Source: Candidatus Heimdallarchaeota archaeon
Lineage (GTDB): Archaea; Asgardarchaeota; Heimdallarchaeia; Heimdallarchaeales; Heimdallarchaeaceae
Length of the DNA: 64,000 nt
Reading direction: 5' to 3'
NCBI GenBank assembly: GCA_030603365.1
Contig: JAUVXV010000004.1
Coordinates: 64,001 to 128,000, forward strand
Below the pieces are notes generated by a model. The model ran no database searches, was not told where the DNA came from, and saw only the letters and a program-made list of their open reading frames with translations. The translations under genes and the position numbers were made by a program. The number at the start of each line of letters is the position of its first letter. Within the stretch, counting starts at the first letter, position 1. Of the stretch, positions 1 through 9,492 are shown one piece after another.

Positions 1-861
1 GAGAAACATGAGAGAGATACTTTGAGATTACTAATTAAGAACAGCGACATTTCTAAGTACAATTGGTCAGTTAGAAATGATTTTTGGATATATTTGAAGG
101 AGAAAAACATCGATAATTATCCTAATATCAAAAACTATCTCTCAAATTTTATACCTGAATTAGAAACAGCTCAAGAGAAATATGGATTGAAGAACCATTA
201 TGATTATGTTGCTTATCGTTCTTTGGATTTAATAGATAGTCTTCCAAAAATAATCTGCCCTTATCAAGCCAAAGAGAATAGATTCGCCATTTTAGAAGAA
301 AAAAACATATCAACCATTAATGAAACTGATGTAATTACTTTAGTGATTAAAGAAAAATACAAGAGTAAAATAGATTGGATGTACATACTATCGGTGCTAA
401 ACTCTGAATTAATTCACTATTACAGCATGATAAGAAATAAGAAAATATATAACCTGTATGATTTTCGTTCAAACCAGATAGCTAATTTTCCCATTATGAA
501 ATGTAATAAAGAATTTAGTCTTAAGAGCTTAGCACACCTCTTAATGCAACTTCAAAGGCAGAAACACAAAATAGCCCCAAGCTCCTTAATTCAAAACTCG
601 GAATCTTTATTCTATATTATCAATTCATTAGTCTACGAGATTTACTTTGAAGAGTTATTATCAACTGAACTTAACGAATCAATAGAAAGACATCTCACAA
701 ATTCACAATCTAGTGATGGTAATAATTTAGTAATCGAACAGATATCTACTAAGCTAGAAGAGATTTTTAGCGACAATTTAGTAAAAAAGGATTTGAAGAA
801 AATTGATAGTCTTTTACAAGTTCAAGATATACAAGAGTTCATCAAACTATATTCAAGATAG
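1..861 (+). CDS. C-terminal part of a type IIG/TaqI-like DNA methyltransferase (target-recognition region), 5'-truncated by the window edge
   Basis: 'PKIICPYQAKENRFA' and 'YILSVLNSELIHYY...IANFPI' match the TaqI_C-like pattern. The frame is open to the window start. Confidence 0.65.
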   Translation, partial: EKHERDTLRLLIKNSDISKYNWSVRNDFWIYLKEKNIDNYPNIKNYLSNFIPELETAQEKYGLKNHYDYVAYRSLDLIDSLPKIICPYQAKENRFAILEEKNISTINETDVITLVIKEKYKSKIDWMYILSVLNSELIHYYSMIRNKKIYNLYDFRSNQIANFPIMKCNKEFSLKSLAHLLMQLQRQKHKIAPSSLIQNSESLFYIINSLVYEIYFEELLSTELNESIERHLTNSQSSDGNNLVIEQISTKLEEIFSDNLVKKDLKKIDSLLQVQDIQEFIKLYSR

Positions 862-1743
862 ATTATTTTCTTTTAACCAGTTAATAGGAGTCGATATTAC
901 TACATTATGTTCTTCTAATTCTCTTATTAGTTCAGTAAACGCGTTAATATTCTCTTGAATTTTGGTTTCGGTTACATAGTCATTTTGAGAGATGTTATAT
1001 GCAAAATGCCAAGAATGAAGATTTATTGAGATGTAAGAGTTACTGTCTTCTGAATTTTTACAGATTTGAATATAACTTTGAATTACTTCCTCCTTAGATC
1101 TTTTTCCCTCAAATAAAGGCCACAAATAAGTATACATTCCTTTCATACTACTTTCTTTTGGTGTTTTAATAACGGGAAATTCTATAATTCCATTGTCAAT
1201 TCTATATGGAATTATTCCTTTATCGGATTGCTTGTATAATGAGCTATCATGGGAAAAATCTAGTTCTGAAAGGATTCCAATCGTGTTTGGTGATAATTTC
1301 ATATATGGAGCTCGAAATCCATAAACTCTTGTAGACAAAAGACTTTCAACTTCTTTTTTTGCTCTTTGTAAAAGCTCAAACTCTTCACGTTCAGAAAATT
1401 GTATTCCTGTTTGTTCTCCCGTTAGATCTTCATGATCATATCCATGAACACCATGTTCGAAAAAAGGTTTATTGAGATTTTTAAACAGGTTTTGTTGTAA
1501 TTTATTGAACATTTTTAGGCTTCTAGCCTCATAATAGAAAGTTGTTGGAACTTTGTAATCACTTAAAAAAGCGATTAGGGGATTGAAAGATTCTATTGTA
1601 CCTTTCAGTGATGCTGATAATTCTGGATTCTTTGTAATTTCATCAGACTCATTTTTTACAATATCACTAATAGCGTGTTTGAAATTTTGAATAGGTATTG
1701 CATAATCCCTGTCAAAATCAATGCAGATGAATATATAGACCAT
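853..1743 (-). CDS. Polysaccharide deacetylase (CE4/NodB) family protein
   Basis: 'CIDFDRD', 'HGVHGYDH', 'GFRAPY', 'HDSS', 'LHSW' motifs. Confidence 0.8.
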   Translation of the reverse strand: MVYIFICIDFDRDYAIPIQNFKHAISDIVKNESDEITKNPELSASLKGTIESFNPLIAFLSDYKVPTTFYYEARSLKMFNKLQQNLFKNLNKPFFEHGVHGYDHEDLTGEQTGIQFSEREEFELLQRAKKEVESLLSTRVYGFRAPYMKLSPNTIGILSELDFSHDSSLYKQSDKGIIPYRIDNGIIEFPVIKTPKESSMKGMYTYLWPLFEGKRSKEEVIQSYIQICKNSEDSNSYISINLHSWHFAYNISQNDYVTETKIQENINAFTELIRELEEHNVVISTPINWLKENNLS

Positions 1744-1773
1744 TTAATCAACCACAATCTTATGAATTTAGTT

Positions 1774-2016
1774 TTATAAAGCTAAAATTATTGTTTTACC
1801 CCTTATCTCTATGACTTTGCTGTTAGTTAAATCAGAAATATTTTTACCAATATCTTTTGCTACAGAAGTAGGAATTACTTTCAAACATTTTATTTTAACT
1901 ACCTTATCTTTCTTTAGGACATTCTGAACTTCTCGAATTATTCCTTCAGTTATACCATTTTTACCTATTCGTATCTTTGGAGGTTCATGACGAATTCTAT
2001 TAATAATGTCCTTCAT
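1774..2016 (-). CDS. yhbY: YhbY/CRM-domain RNA-binding protein
   Basis: 'IRIGKNGIT...VVKIK...IRGKTIIL'; position next to Rpp21 is a common archaeal arrangement. Confidence 0.88.
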   Translation of the reverse strand: MKDIINRIRHEPPKIRIGKNGITEGIIREVQNVLKKDKVVKIKCLKVIPTSVAKDIGKNISDLTNSKVIEIRGKTIILAL

Positions 2017-2391
2017 TTATACTCCTCCTTTACGTTTGTAATAAGGTATTCTAGAATATCTGTTGCAGTTGTAACATAGTATTGCGATAACTTTATTTGA
2101 AGAAGAGAGTCTAACACGACAATTTTTCCCGGGATAAAGAAAGTCTTTACAATGCTTACAAAACCTTTTTTTCCATTCAGAAGGAAACTTTACTCTTGTT
2201 CTCATCTGTATTTTTCGGGCTTGTTTTGCTAACTTTTGGGCTAACTCATTGTCAGTCTTTATTACCTCATTAGCTTGCTCCATTAGTGAGACAATTTGCT
2301 CTCTAATATCCTCATGAGATAATATCTGCTTTTTCTTTCGTCGAGGTTTTCGTCTCTTCATTTGAAATTGAGCAGGTTTTTTGTTTGACAT
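2017..2391 (-). CDS. rnp4: Ribonuclease P protein component 4 (Rpp21)
   Basis: 'KRFCKHCKDFLYPG...RVRL...CYNCNRYSRIPY' zinc-binding motif; start placed at MSNKK. Confidence 0.92.
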   Translation of the reverse strand: MSNKKPAQFQMKRRKPRRKKKQILSHEDIREQIVSLMEQANEVIKTDNELAQKLAKQARKIQMRTRVKFPSEWKKRFCKHCKDFLYPGKNCRVRLSSSNKVIAILCYNCNRYSRIPYYKRKGGV

Positions 2392-2499
2392 TAAGCCTCT
2401 TCCTTGTCTGAAGATATTGAAAAGCCTTATCAACATTTCTTTATGTTTTCTTTTCTGATTTAATCCTGTTTTAATAGATTAGAAAACGATATAGGGATG

Positions 2500-3636
2500 T
2501 TAAGGGGGAGGTGTTGGTATGTTTTTGACGAGTTTGCTTATTTCTTCTGTAGAAACCTCTTTTCCAAATGGTACAAGTGTTTTAGTTGATCTAGATTCGA
2601 TATTGATATTCTTGATTTTTATTTTGTAAGAGGATTCTTTTGACTGTTTTCTTCTAAATAGAGAAAAGAATAGATTTAAACTGTATTGATTGAACTTCTT
2701 CCACGTTGGAAATCTAAGAACTTTTACGATTTGCGATAACTGAGGAATTTTTTTCTTTGGTGTGGAAATCTTATGATCATTATCTTTGTGAGAATGTAGA
2801 GCTTCTTTTCGTTTTTGGCGCTTAGAAACTGTTTGAATATTTGGTATAAATCTCTCTATTTTAAAGTAAGCATCCCAATCAGTTGTACATTGTTGTTTAT
2901 TTGGAATACCTAGAAGGAATAGAATCTTATTACGTTTAATTTCATTTAAAGAATGAAAACGAATTGTAAAAGAAATCCTCTCTTTGTAAAGCAGAGATAA
3001 TTTTTGTAGCTGACTCAGGAACTCTATACTTTTCTCAAAAGAAGAGCTACTAAAGGAAATAAGAATACTTCTTAGGGACTCCTGCTTTTCTTTATTATGT
3101 TTTTTAATTGCTCTGGAACTTAGATTAAGACTGCAATTCTCAAAAGTTAACAAATCTTGAAAATACTGGGTTATATCACTATTTCCCGCTTTAGGGAAAA
3201 CTAAAGATGAAAAAACCCAATATTTATTCTCCATTTTAACAATTCTTGATTCTGATGTCTTTTTCAAAGGAGAGAAATATGCTTCCATTAACCCCTCTGC
3301 AAGACTCATATGATTTGTTGTAGAAACTATCAAATATGGATTAACTGGTTCTAATACTTGCATCTTATCAAGGAGAGTAGATACTTTGTTTATTACTTCT
3401 CCAACATTCTCAGCTGCAATTACTAGAAGTAGTTTAAGTGATGATTCGGACATTTGAATAACATAAGAGTAACCAAAAGAATCAAAAAAGTTAAAGATTC
3501 TTCGAGATTGTTGTGATAGAACGCCATCTTCAATTTTAGCAATAGAGAAACAAATGATGGATATAGCTTGATTTTCTGATTCTAATATAACAAAATCATC
3601 AGTGTTATGAATTTGAAACTTCGACATAATATCCAT
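2500..3636 (-). CDS. Hypothetical protein downstream of ftsZ, with a basic C-terminal region
   Basis: 378-aa ORF, co-directional with ftsZ; no motif recognised. Confidence 0.6.
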   Translation of the reverse strand: MDIMSKFQIHNTDDFVILESENQAISIICFSIAKIEDGVLSQQSRRIFNFFDSFGYSYVIQMSESSLKLLLVIAAENVGEVINKVSTLLDKMQVLEPVNPYLIVSTTNHMSLAEGLMEAYFSPLKKTSESRIVKMENKYWVFSSLVFPKAGNSDITQYFQDLLTFENCSLNLSSRAIKKHNKEKQESLRSILISFSSSSFEKSIEFLSQLQKLSLLYKERISFTIRFHSLNEIKRNKILFLLGIPNKQQCTTDWDAYFKIERFIPNIQTVSKRQKRKEALHSHKDNDHKISTPKKKIPQLSQIVKVLRFPTWKKFNQYSLNLFFSLFRRKQSKESSYKIKIKNINIESRSTKTLVPFGKEVSTEEISKLVKNIPTPPP

Positions 3637-3687
3637 TATTATATAGAGATTATAGCATAAAAACCCAAAAATAAATGGGGGATAGAC

Positions 3688-4851
3688 TTAGTCTCTCCAC
3701 AATGCTTCAATTGATATTTCTTCAGGTTTACTTAGATAAGGAGACTTTACTTCTGCAATAACAATTGTAACTGCTAGCTCGTCATCTGGCATCATATCAT
3801 CTATGTTACATCCCCAAACAAATTCTGCTTTAGGGTGGATTTGATCAGTAATCATGGTTGTAATTGTGTCAACTTCAGTCATAGATATGTTCTTGTTGGC
3901 TTTTATATTGACTAGGGCTCCAGTTGATGAACCTATATCTACATCCAGCAAGGGATTTGATAATGCATTTGTTATAGCCTGAATAGCTCTATTCTCTCCT
4001 TTTCCTCTTCCAACTCCAATTACAGCTGGACCACTTCGACGTAAAATCTTCTTTGTGTCTGCAAAGTCTACATTGACTCTGGCAGGTAATACAATTAACT
4101 CTGTAAGACCCACGACAGCATTTATTAAGACATCATCAGCTAACTTGAAAGCATCCCAAAGAGTAAAATCAGGTGCATACATTAACAACTTCTCGTTGGG
4201 TACAACAATAATTGTGTTAGAATATTCATTAAGTTCTTGTAACCCTTCTAAAGCTGTTTCCATTTTGGTTTGTCCTTCGGATGCGAACGGTAATGTACAT
4301 ACACTTACAACTAAACAACCTTCATCTTGAGCTATTTTAGCGATATGAGGTGCAGCACCGGTTCCAGTACCTTTCCCTAATCCACAAGCAACAAAGACTA
4401 AATCGTTTCCTCTAACAAGTTCACGAAGATCCTCTTCATTTTCTTCAGAAGCCGCACGACCAATATTGGGGTCGTTTCCTGCTCCTGTACCGTTGGTTAA
4501 TTCTCTACCAAGAAGCACTTTTCGCTCTGCTTGAGTACTCAGAAGATGTCTTGCATCAGTATTAACAGCAACTGTGGTTGCTCCAATGATACCTCCCAGT
4601 GTCATGATGTTATTAGTTGCATTGGATCCTGCCCCACCAACTCCAACAGCTAATATTCTATTGGATTGAAGAACTTGCTGTATGTAAGAATCTACAGAAC
4701 GACTGGAAAAACGATCGGAAGAACCACTTTTACTGCTTAATAATTTTTCCAGTTCCTTATTGGCATCCTCACTATCAAAAGTGTTGTTTTTGTCATCTGG
4801 AACTAGATTTTCTTCTTCCTCATCTATATTAAGTATATAATGTTCATCCAT
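3688..4851 (-). CDS. ftsZ: Cell division protein FtsZ
   Basis: 'GVGGAGSN', 'NTD', 'GAGNDP', 'GLGKGTGTG', 'PFASEG' and T7 loop 'NVDFAD'. Confidence 0.97.
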   Translation of the reverse strand: MDEHYILNIDEEEENLVPDDKNNTFDSEDANKELEKLLSSKSGSSDRFSSRSVDSYIQQVLQSNRILAVGVGGAGSNATNNIMTLGGIIGATTVAVNTDARHLLSTQAERKVLLGRELTNGTGAGNDPNIGRAASEENEEDLRELVRGNDLVFVACGLGKGTGTGAAPHIAKIAQDEGCLVVSVCTLPFASEGQTKMETALEGLQELNEYSNTIIVVPNEKLLMYAPDFTLWDAFKLADDVLINAVVGLTELIVLPARVNVDFADTKKILRRSGPAVIGVGRGKGENRAIQAITNALSNPLLDVDIGSSTGALVNIKANKNISMTEVDTITTMITDQIHPKAEFVWGCNIDDMMPDDELAVTIVIAEVKSPYLSKPEEISIEALWRD

Positions 4852-4957
4852 ATGTACTCAGTCACATTTTAGATAATACACATAACAACGCAAATATGAC
4901 CGAGAAGACTCCTCCGTATTACATTTGTGTATTTTATAATATTTTTAATAAAAGAAA

Positions 4958-5032
4958 TGGTGCACGCGCCGGGATTCGAACCCGGGTTCCAGCCGTGGCA
5001 GGGCTGAGTCCTACCAACTAGACTACGCGTGC
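4958..5032 (-). tRNA. tRNA-Gly(GCC)
   Basis: Cloverleaf GCACGCG/CGCGTGC; anticodon arm CAGCC-CTGCCAC-GGCTG; TTCGAAT; encoded CCA. Confidence 0.97.
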
Positions 5033-5047
5033 TCAGTGTTTTGTATC

Positions 5048-5121
5048 TGGTACGCCAACCGGGATTTGAACCCGGGTTTCCAGCTTGGAAGGCTGAAGTC
5101 CTACCGCTAGACTATTGGCGT
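5048..5121 (-). tRNA. tRNA-Gly(TCC)
   Basis: Acceptor ACGCCAA/TTGGCGT; anticodon arm TCAGC-CTTCCAA-GCTGG; encoded CCA. Confidence 0.95.
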
Positions 5122-5257
5122 ATTTTCGATTATATTTTGTGTTTTAACCTTTGTTTTTAATCTTTTTGTTCGATTTGTTGTTTCATACTGTTTGGTAAAT
5201 CATAAAAATAGAAATATACATTAGAGAAATTCGTTAAATGTTAATGAGGTTTAGAAT

Positions 5258-5767
5258 ATGATGAACCAGTTCCTAAAAAAAGCTATCCTTAGACATTTGA
5301 AAGAGACAGAATTATTCTTTAAAAAGCTACATGAACAAGAGAATATCTTATTAGAGGAAATGATTGGTAAAGATACTATAAAACCAGATTCTTTGCTTTT
5401 TAAAACACCTACAGAAGGTATTCGACCTTTAGGGGAAGTACTTTTGCACATGATAAGATCTTTGGAATTTTACACAGTTGGAATAATGGATAATCATTGG
5501 GAAGCGTTATCTTATAATCTCTTGGAAATGAATACCATACCAGAAATAGTGAACTTATATGAACGCATAGTGCGAAAAATCGAAAATTATTTGACCAATC
5601 TATCTTTAGATAAATTGAATGAGTCAGTGATTAAGTTCAATCGCCCTGCTACTAAAGCTGAATTACTTCTAGAAATGCTTGAGCACAGTATTCATCATAG
5701 AGGACAGTTAAGTATTTATTTTCGGTTATTAGAAATTAAACCACCAACTATTGAATATATAATATGA
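5258..5767 (+). CDS. DinB/YfiT family protein
   Basis: 'LGEVLLHM' and 'EHSIHHRGQLSIYFRLLEIKPP'. Confidence 0.9.
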   Translation: MMNQFLKKAILRHLKETELFFKKLHEQENILLEEMIGKDTIKPDSLLFKTPTEGIRPLGEVLLHMIRSLEFYTVGIMDNHWEALSYNLLEMNTIPEIVNLYERIVRKIENYLTNLSLDKLNESVIKFNRPATKAELLLEMLEHSIHHRGQLSIYFRLLEIKPPTIEYII

Positions 5768-5792
5768 AAAAAGTGAAGACGATTAATCATCC

Positions 5793-6224
5793 TCATTGAA
5801 TATATATTGCTGGTCGAAAAGGTTCTGCTTGATGCTTCTTGGGAGAATCTGATTTTTCTGATAATATTACCTTAACTGTGGCTTTAGTTAGAGATTCTAT
5901 ATATTCCCGAGCGTTTTAAATTATTTCTAATTCTGTTTCTCCATCAAAGTAACAAACCAGTTTTTCTCTGCTTTTCAGTAGCTTCTTTGCATATTGTACA
6001 TCCAAATTGCCCTTTGCCCTGATATCTTCCTTTTCCATTATTCTTGGTAGAAGGTTTTCTTTGTCAGCTAAATAATCGTTAAGGATTTCTTCTTTCCAGT
6101 TGGGAGTAATAGTTATCTCAATTTCAGTAATCTTTTCAGTTTTTCTTATTTTAGCGATGTTATTTATGTCACTTAATGCTTTCAGTAAGTATTCTTCTTT
6201 TGCTTCAGCTAATGAATCAATTTC
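5793..6224 (-). pseudogene. leuS: Fragment encoding the C-terminal domain of archaeal leucyl-tRNA synthetase; no start codon, one internal stop
   Basis: Hand translation: EIDSLAEAKEEYLLKALSDINNI...TPNWKEE...IMEKEDIRAKG...ELEII*NAREYIES...KKHQAEPFRPAIYIQ*. This matches the archaeal LeuRS C-terminus ending A-x-P-x-[KR]-P-A-I-[YF]-I. Internal TAA at 5916-5918. Confidence 0.8.
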
Positions 6225-7014
6225 TGTTTCGTTTTAGAAAATCTAGAACAATTGAATTGAACATATCTGCTTTTGTTTCAAAGACATCATGGTCTGCAGC
6301 AGGAATAATGGCTAGTTCAGAATTTTCTATTAGTTGGTACACTTTTACCGCTTCCTGAACAGGGATTGCACTATCACGGTCACCTTGAACTATTAGAGTA
6401 GGAGTTGTTATTTTCTCTAATCTTTGTTGTGGAAATTCATCAGGATTTAACCACATTTTTGAGATGTCTGTCAACAGTTTCTTCCAATATTCGGAACCAT
6501 AAATCGCAGAATGTAATTTGGGTAACGCTTCTATAAAATTCTTCATTATTTTCTCCATCTGTTCGAAGTTCACTTCTCCTGGTCCTTCCAAACCCCAAGC
6601 TTTCATCCCTACAAAATAGTGATCTGAAACCTCACCTAAAACACCACCTGCAACCAAAGCTTTTGCAATAGTAGGAAAGTTGATACCTATTTCAAGTGCT
6701 ATCTGACCTCCATCGGACCAACCGCAGATGAATGGTTTTTCCAGATTTAATATTTCAATAAAATCAACTATATCCTTTGCCATTAATTTGTAACTAAACT
6801 CCCCAGTAGGATTATTTGTTCTTCCGTGTCCCCTACTGTCTGGTGCAATAACTCTAAAGTGCTTTGAGAAAAAATCAATTTGTTCTTTCCAATTGAATTC
6901 TGCTGTGGCTATACCTCCATGAAGTAAAATCAAAGGATATCCTTTTCCAACTTCTAGGTAATGCATCTTTAAATCTTTCAACTCAACATATTTACTTTGA
7001 TATGATTCTGTCAT
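6217..7014 (-). CDS. Alpha/beta fold hydrolase
   Basis: 'LLHGG', 'PDSRGHGRT', nucleophile elbow 'GWSDGG', 'GDRD', 'ADH'; start placed at MTESY. Confidence 0.92.
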   Translation of the reverse strand: MTESYQSKYVELKDLKMHYLEVGKGYPLILLHGGIATAEFNWKEQIDFFSKHFRVIAPDSRGHGRTNNPTGEFSYKLMAKDIVDFIEILNLEKPFICGWSDGGQIALEIGINFPTIAKALVAGGVLGEVSDHYFVGMKAWGLEGPGEVNFEQMEKIMKNFIEALPKLHSAIYGSEYWKKLLTDISKMWLNPDEFPQQRLEKITTPTLIVQGDRDSAIPVQEAVKVYQLIENSELAIIPAADHDVFETKADMFNSIVLDFLKRNRN

Positions 7015-7114
7015 TTTATACAACTCTCTCTTATAGAAGATATTGTGTGTTCTCATCTTTTTAAAAATAACGTGTAAAAAAATAATAAAAAAAATATTTA
7101 GGGATAATTTTTCT

Positions 7115-8365
7115 CTATTTTCCCCATAATTCAAGTGACTTTGCTAATTCTACGTGTTCTTTTGCATACTCTTCTAGTGAGATCCCCTTCAAAGTGGCAT
7201 CTAGGGCTTGTCTCATAGCCATAGCACCTTTGCGAGTACCATCAGGATGACCATGAATTCCTCCACCTGCTTGCAAAATAATATTGTTTCCACCATATTT
7301 AACTAAGTTTGGTATTTTAGCAGGATATAAACCACCTGAAGCAGTTGGAAAAACTTGTTTAAATTCATACATATTATTTAGCAAAGCATCCTTAAGTTTA
7401 AGTTCAAGATTCAAATCTGTATCCATTTTTCCTTGACCGTAAGAGCCAATATGTAATTGATCTCCTCCTGCCATTCGCACTATTTTTGCAATAGGTAGCA
7501 TAGAAATACCATGGAGTTGATTTCTAGTAAAAGCTGCGTGCATTGTACGATGAACATGTATAGGAAGTTTCACACCAGGATCCGCTGCCATTTGTGCAAG
7601 TTCTTGATAACCAGTCAATATGACATCAATCATTAAACACTTTGCACCATTATCAATAGCACTTTCTATTCTCCTCCACATTACATCGTGTTTTGCTGTG
7701 ATATTTACGGCATGAATGACGGTTCTTCCAGTTTCTTCTTTAACCAAATCCATTTTTTCTAGAACACTGACTGTACGATCTTCAATTGGACAAAAAGTTT
7801 GATTGGAAAGATTTTCATCATCTTTTATGAAGTCAACACCTCCAATCGCTGCATCATAGGCAACTTCAGCCCATTCTTTTGCAGTTAGTCCCATTTTTGG
7901 TTTAACAATTGTACCAACATGTGGGCGTCCAGGAAATTCACCTTTGTCTGTTCCTATAATTTTTCGAACGCCTTCAATACCAAATTTAGGTCCTGGGAAG
8001 TGTTCTGCAATACTTCTTGGGAATTCGACATCTAACCATCTGATATTGCGTAAAGCTCCTAATCCAAACAGATTTCCTGCAAGCATTGATAGAATGCTTG
8101 TAATTCCTGCTTCCATATCAAATGTTTCTAATTGAAAACCTATTGTTACTTCTCCACTTTGATAATTATCGTGGGTTTCAAAGATTTTCTTATCTAAAAC
8201 CTCCGCACGTAATTTAGCTACATGAGGTTTTCCCTCAGTTGTTCTTAAATCGGTCCATGTACCGACACTTTCTTCATCGCAGATTTCTTCTGCGGCTACA
8301 TCAACACTTTTTACGTGTTCCACATAATAACGTGCAACAAGTAATTCTTTATATTGTTCTGTCAT
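7115..8365 (-). CDS. rbcL: RuBisCO large subunit, form III
   Basis: Catalytic residues present: EESVGTW, AGN, KPK, DFIKDDE, HVHR, QLHIG, loop-6 GKM, SGG, GGGIHGHP. Confidence 0.93.
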   Translation of the reverse strand: MTEQYKELLVARYYVEHVKSVDVAAEEICDEESVGTWTDLRTTEGKPHVAKLRAEVLDKKIFETHDNYQSGEVTIGFQLETFDMEAGITSILSMLAGNLFGLGALRNIRWLDVEFPRSIAEHFPGPKFGIEGVRKIIGTDKGEFPGRPHVGTIVKPKMGLTAKEWAEVAYDAAIGGVDFIKDDENLSNQTFCPIEDRTVSVLEKMDLVKEETGRTVIHAVNITAKHDVMWRRIESAIDNGAKCLMIDVILTGYQELAQMAADPGVKLPIHVHRTMHAAFTRNQLHGISMLPIAKIVRMAGGDQLHIGSYGQGKMDTDLNLELKLKDALLNNMYEFKQVFPTASGGLYPAKIPNLVKYGGNNIILQAGGGIHGHPDGTRKGAMAMRQALDATLKGISLEEYAKEHVELAKSLELWGK

Positions 8366-8391
8366 AATTATACCTCATATTTTAATCGTAA

Positions 8392-9372
8392 TTAATCCAT
8401 TTCATCATTCATAATCATGAATGGATATTCTTGTTTAACAATTAGATAAACTACTGTTGGTGAAAAAACTCCTGCTTCAGATATGATACCATCAATAAGA
8501 TCATGTGATACAGTCTCAAAAGCTGGGTTTAGGAAATTAAGCCCTTCTGGGGCATCTTCCCATATTTCTTTGCTCTCTCGCATTTCTATTTCGGAAAGTT
8601 TTCCTATACTTGTTTCTGGATCATATTTTAGGAGATTGATTGCAGAATAGAAAGGAACATCCATTTCACGAGCTGCTAATGCTAACAATCTTGTACCTAT
8701 TTTATTTATTACTGTACCTTGGCTAGTAATAGAATCTGCTCCAGTGATAATTATATCAACATCATGTCTGTTGATTACCCATCTCATAGCACTATCAACA
8801 ACTTGAGTTGTGGTAATCCCTGCATCTACTAATTCTTTTGCAGTAATACGTCCTTGATAACGAGGGCGGGTTTCTGTACAGAAAACTTCAATGTCTTTAC
8901 CTTGACGATGAGCCTCTAGAATTATTCCAGTAGACAGAGATGAATGACAATGTGTCATAATGGTACTCCCTTTTTTTATTCGATGAGCCCCATATTGGAT
9001 AACTTTCCGTTTTGATTCTTTTAGTAAATGAATATATTCTTCTGCAAAGGATTTTACTACTTCCCTTGCTTCTTGTATAGTAGATGCTTTATCGTGAAGA
9101 TTGTAGACAATGTATCTTAAACCATTTCTTAATGCAGGTTCAGTAGCTCTAGCTGTTGCTAAAGCTTGGCGAGCTTCAGCAAGTTTTTCAAACATTTTTT
9201 CTGTAGAAGCAACTTCAAGACGTTCTGCTAAAGAAGAAAATGCATAAACACCCTCAATAGCTATGTTTGTTGCACCTTGAATTTTAAGTGAGCGAATATC
9301 ATCTACAACTTGAATAAATGTTGAATCCAAATAAATCACCAATAGACAGTTAAAGACAATAGAACGAACCAT
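8392..9372 (-). CDS. Ribose-1,5-bisphosphate isomerase (eIF2B-like); true start probably near 9340
   Basis: 'IQGATNIA', 'ARATEPALRN', 'THCHSS', 'ETRPRYQG', 'NKIGT', 'NPAFE'; adjacent to RuBisCO. Confidence 0.92.
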   Translation of the reverse strand: MVRSIVFNCLLVIYLDSTFIQVVDDIRSLKIQGATNIAIEGVYAFSSLAERLEVASTEKMFEKLAEARQALATARATEPALRNGLRYIVYNLHDKASTIQEAREVVKSFAEEYIHLLKESKRKVIQYGAHRIKKGSTIMTHCHSSLSTGIILEAHRQGKDIEVFCTETRPRYQGRITAKELVDAGITTTQVVDSAMRWVINRHDVDIIITGADSITSQGTVINKIGTRLLALAAREMDVPFYSAINLLKYDPETSIGKLSEIEMRESKEIWEDAPEGLNFLNPAFETVSHDLIDGIISEAGVFSPTVVYLIVKQEYPFMIMNDEMD

Positions 9373-9492
9373 AATAAAGAATTGTGGTTATAACACTTTT
9401 TCGTATGGAAAATTTTAATGAATTAAATTCCATAAAATATTGCGAATGGGACAAAGTAACCGATTGTTAGAAAAAAACTATTAGTAAAAAAG

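Noticed and set aside
5916-5918. Stop-codon readthrough or an alternative genetic code, suggested by single TAA codons in two gene fragments
   Set aside because: TAA terminates many intact genes here and both fragments also lack 5' ends, so decay is the simpler explanation.
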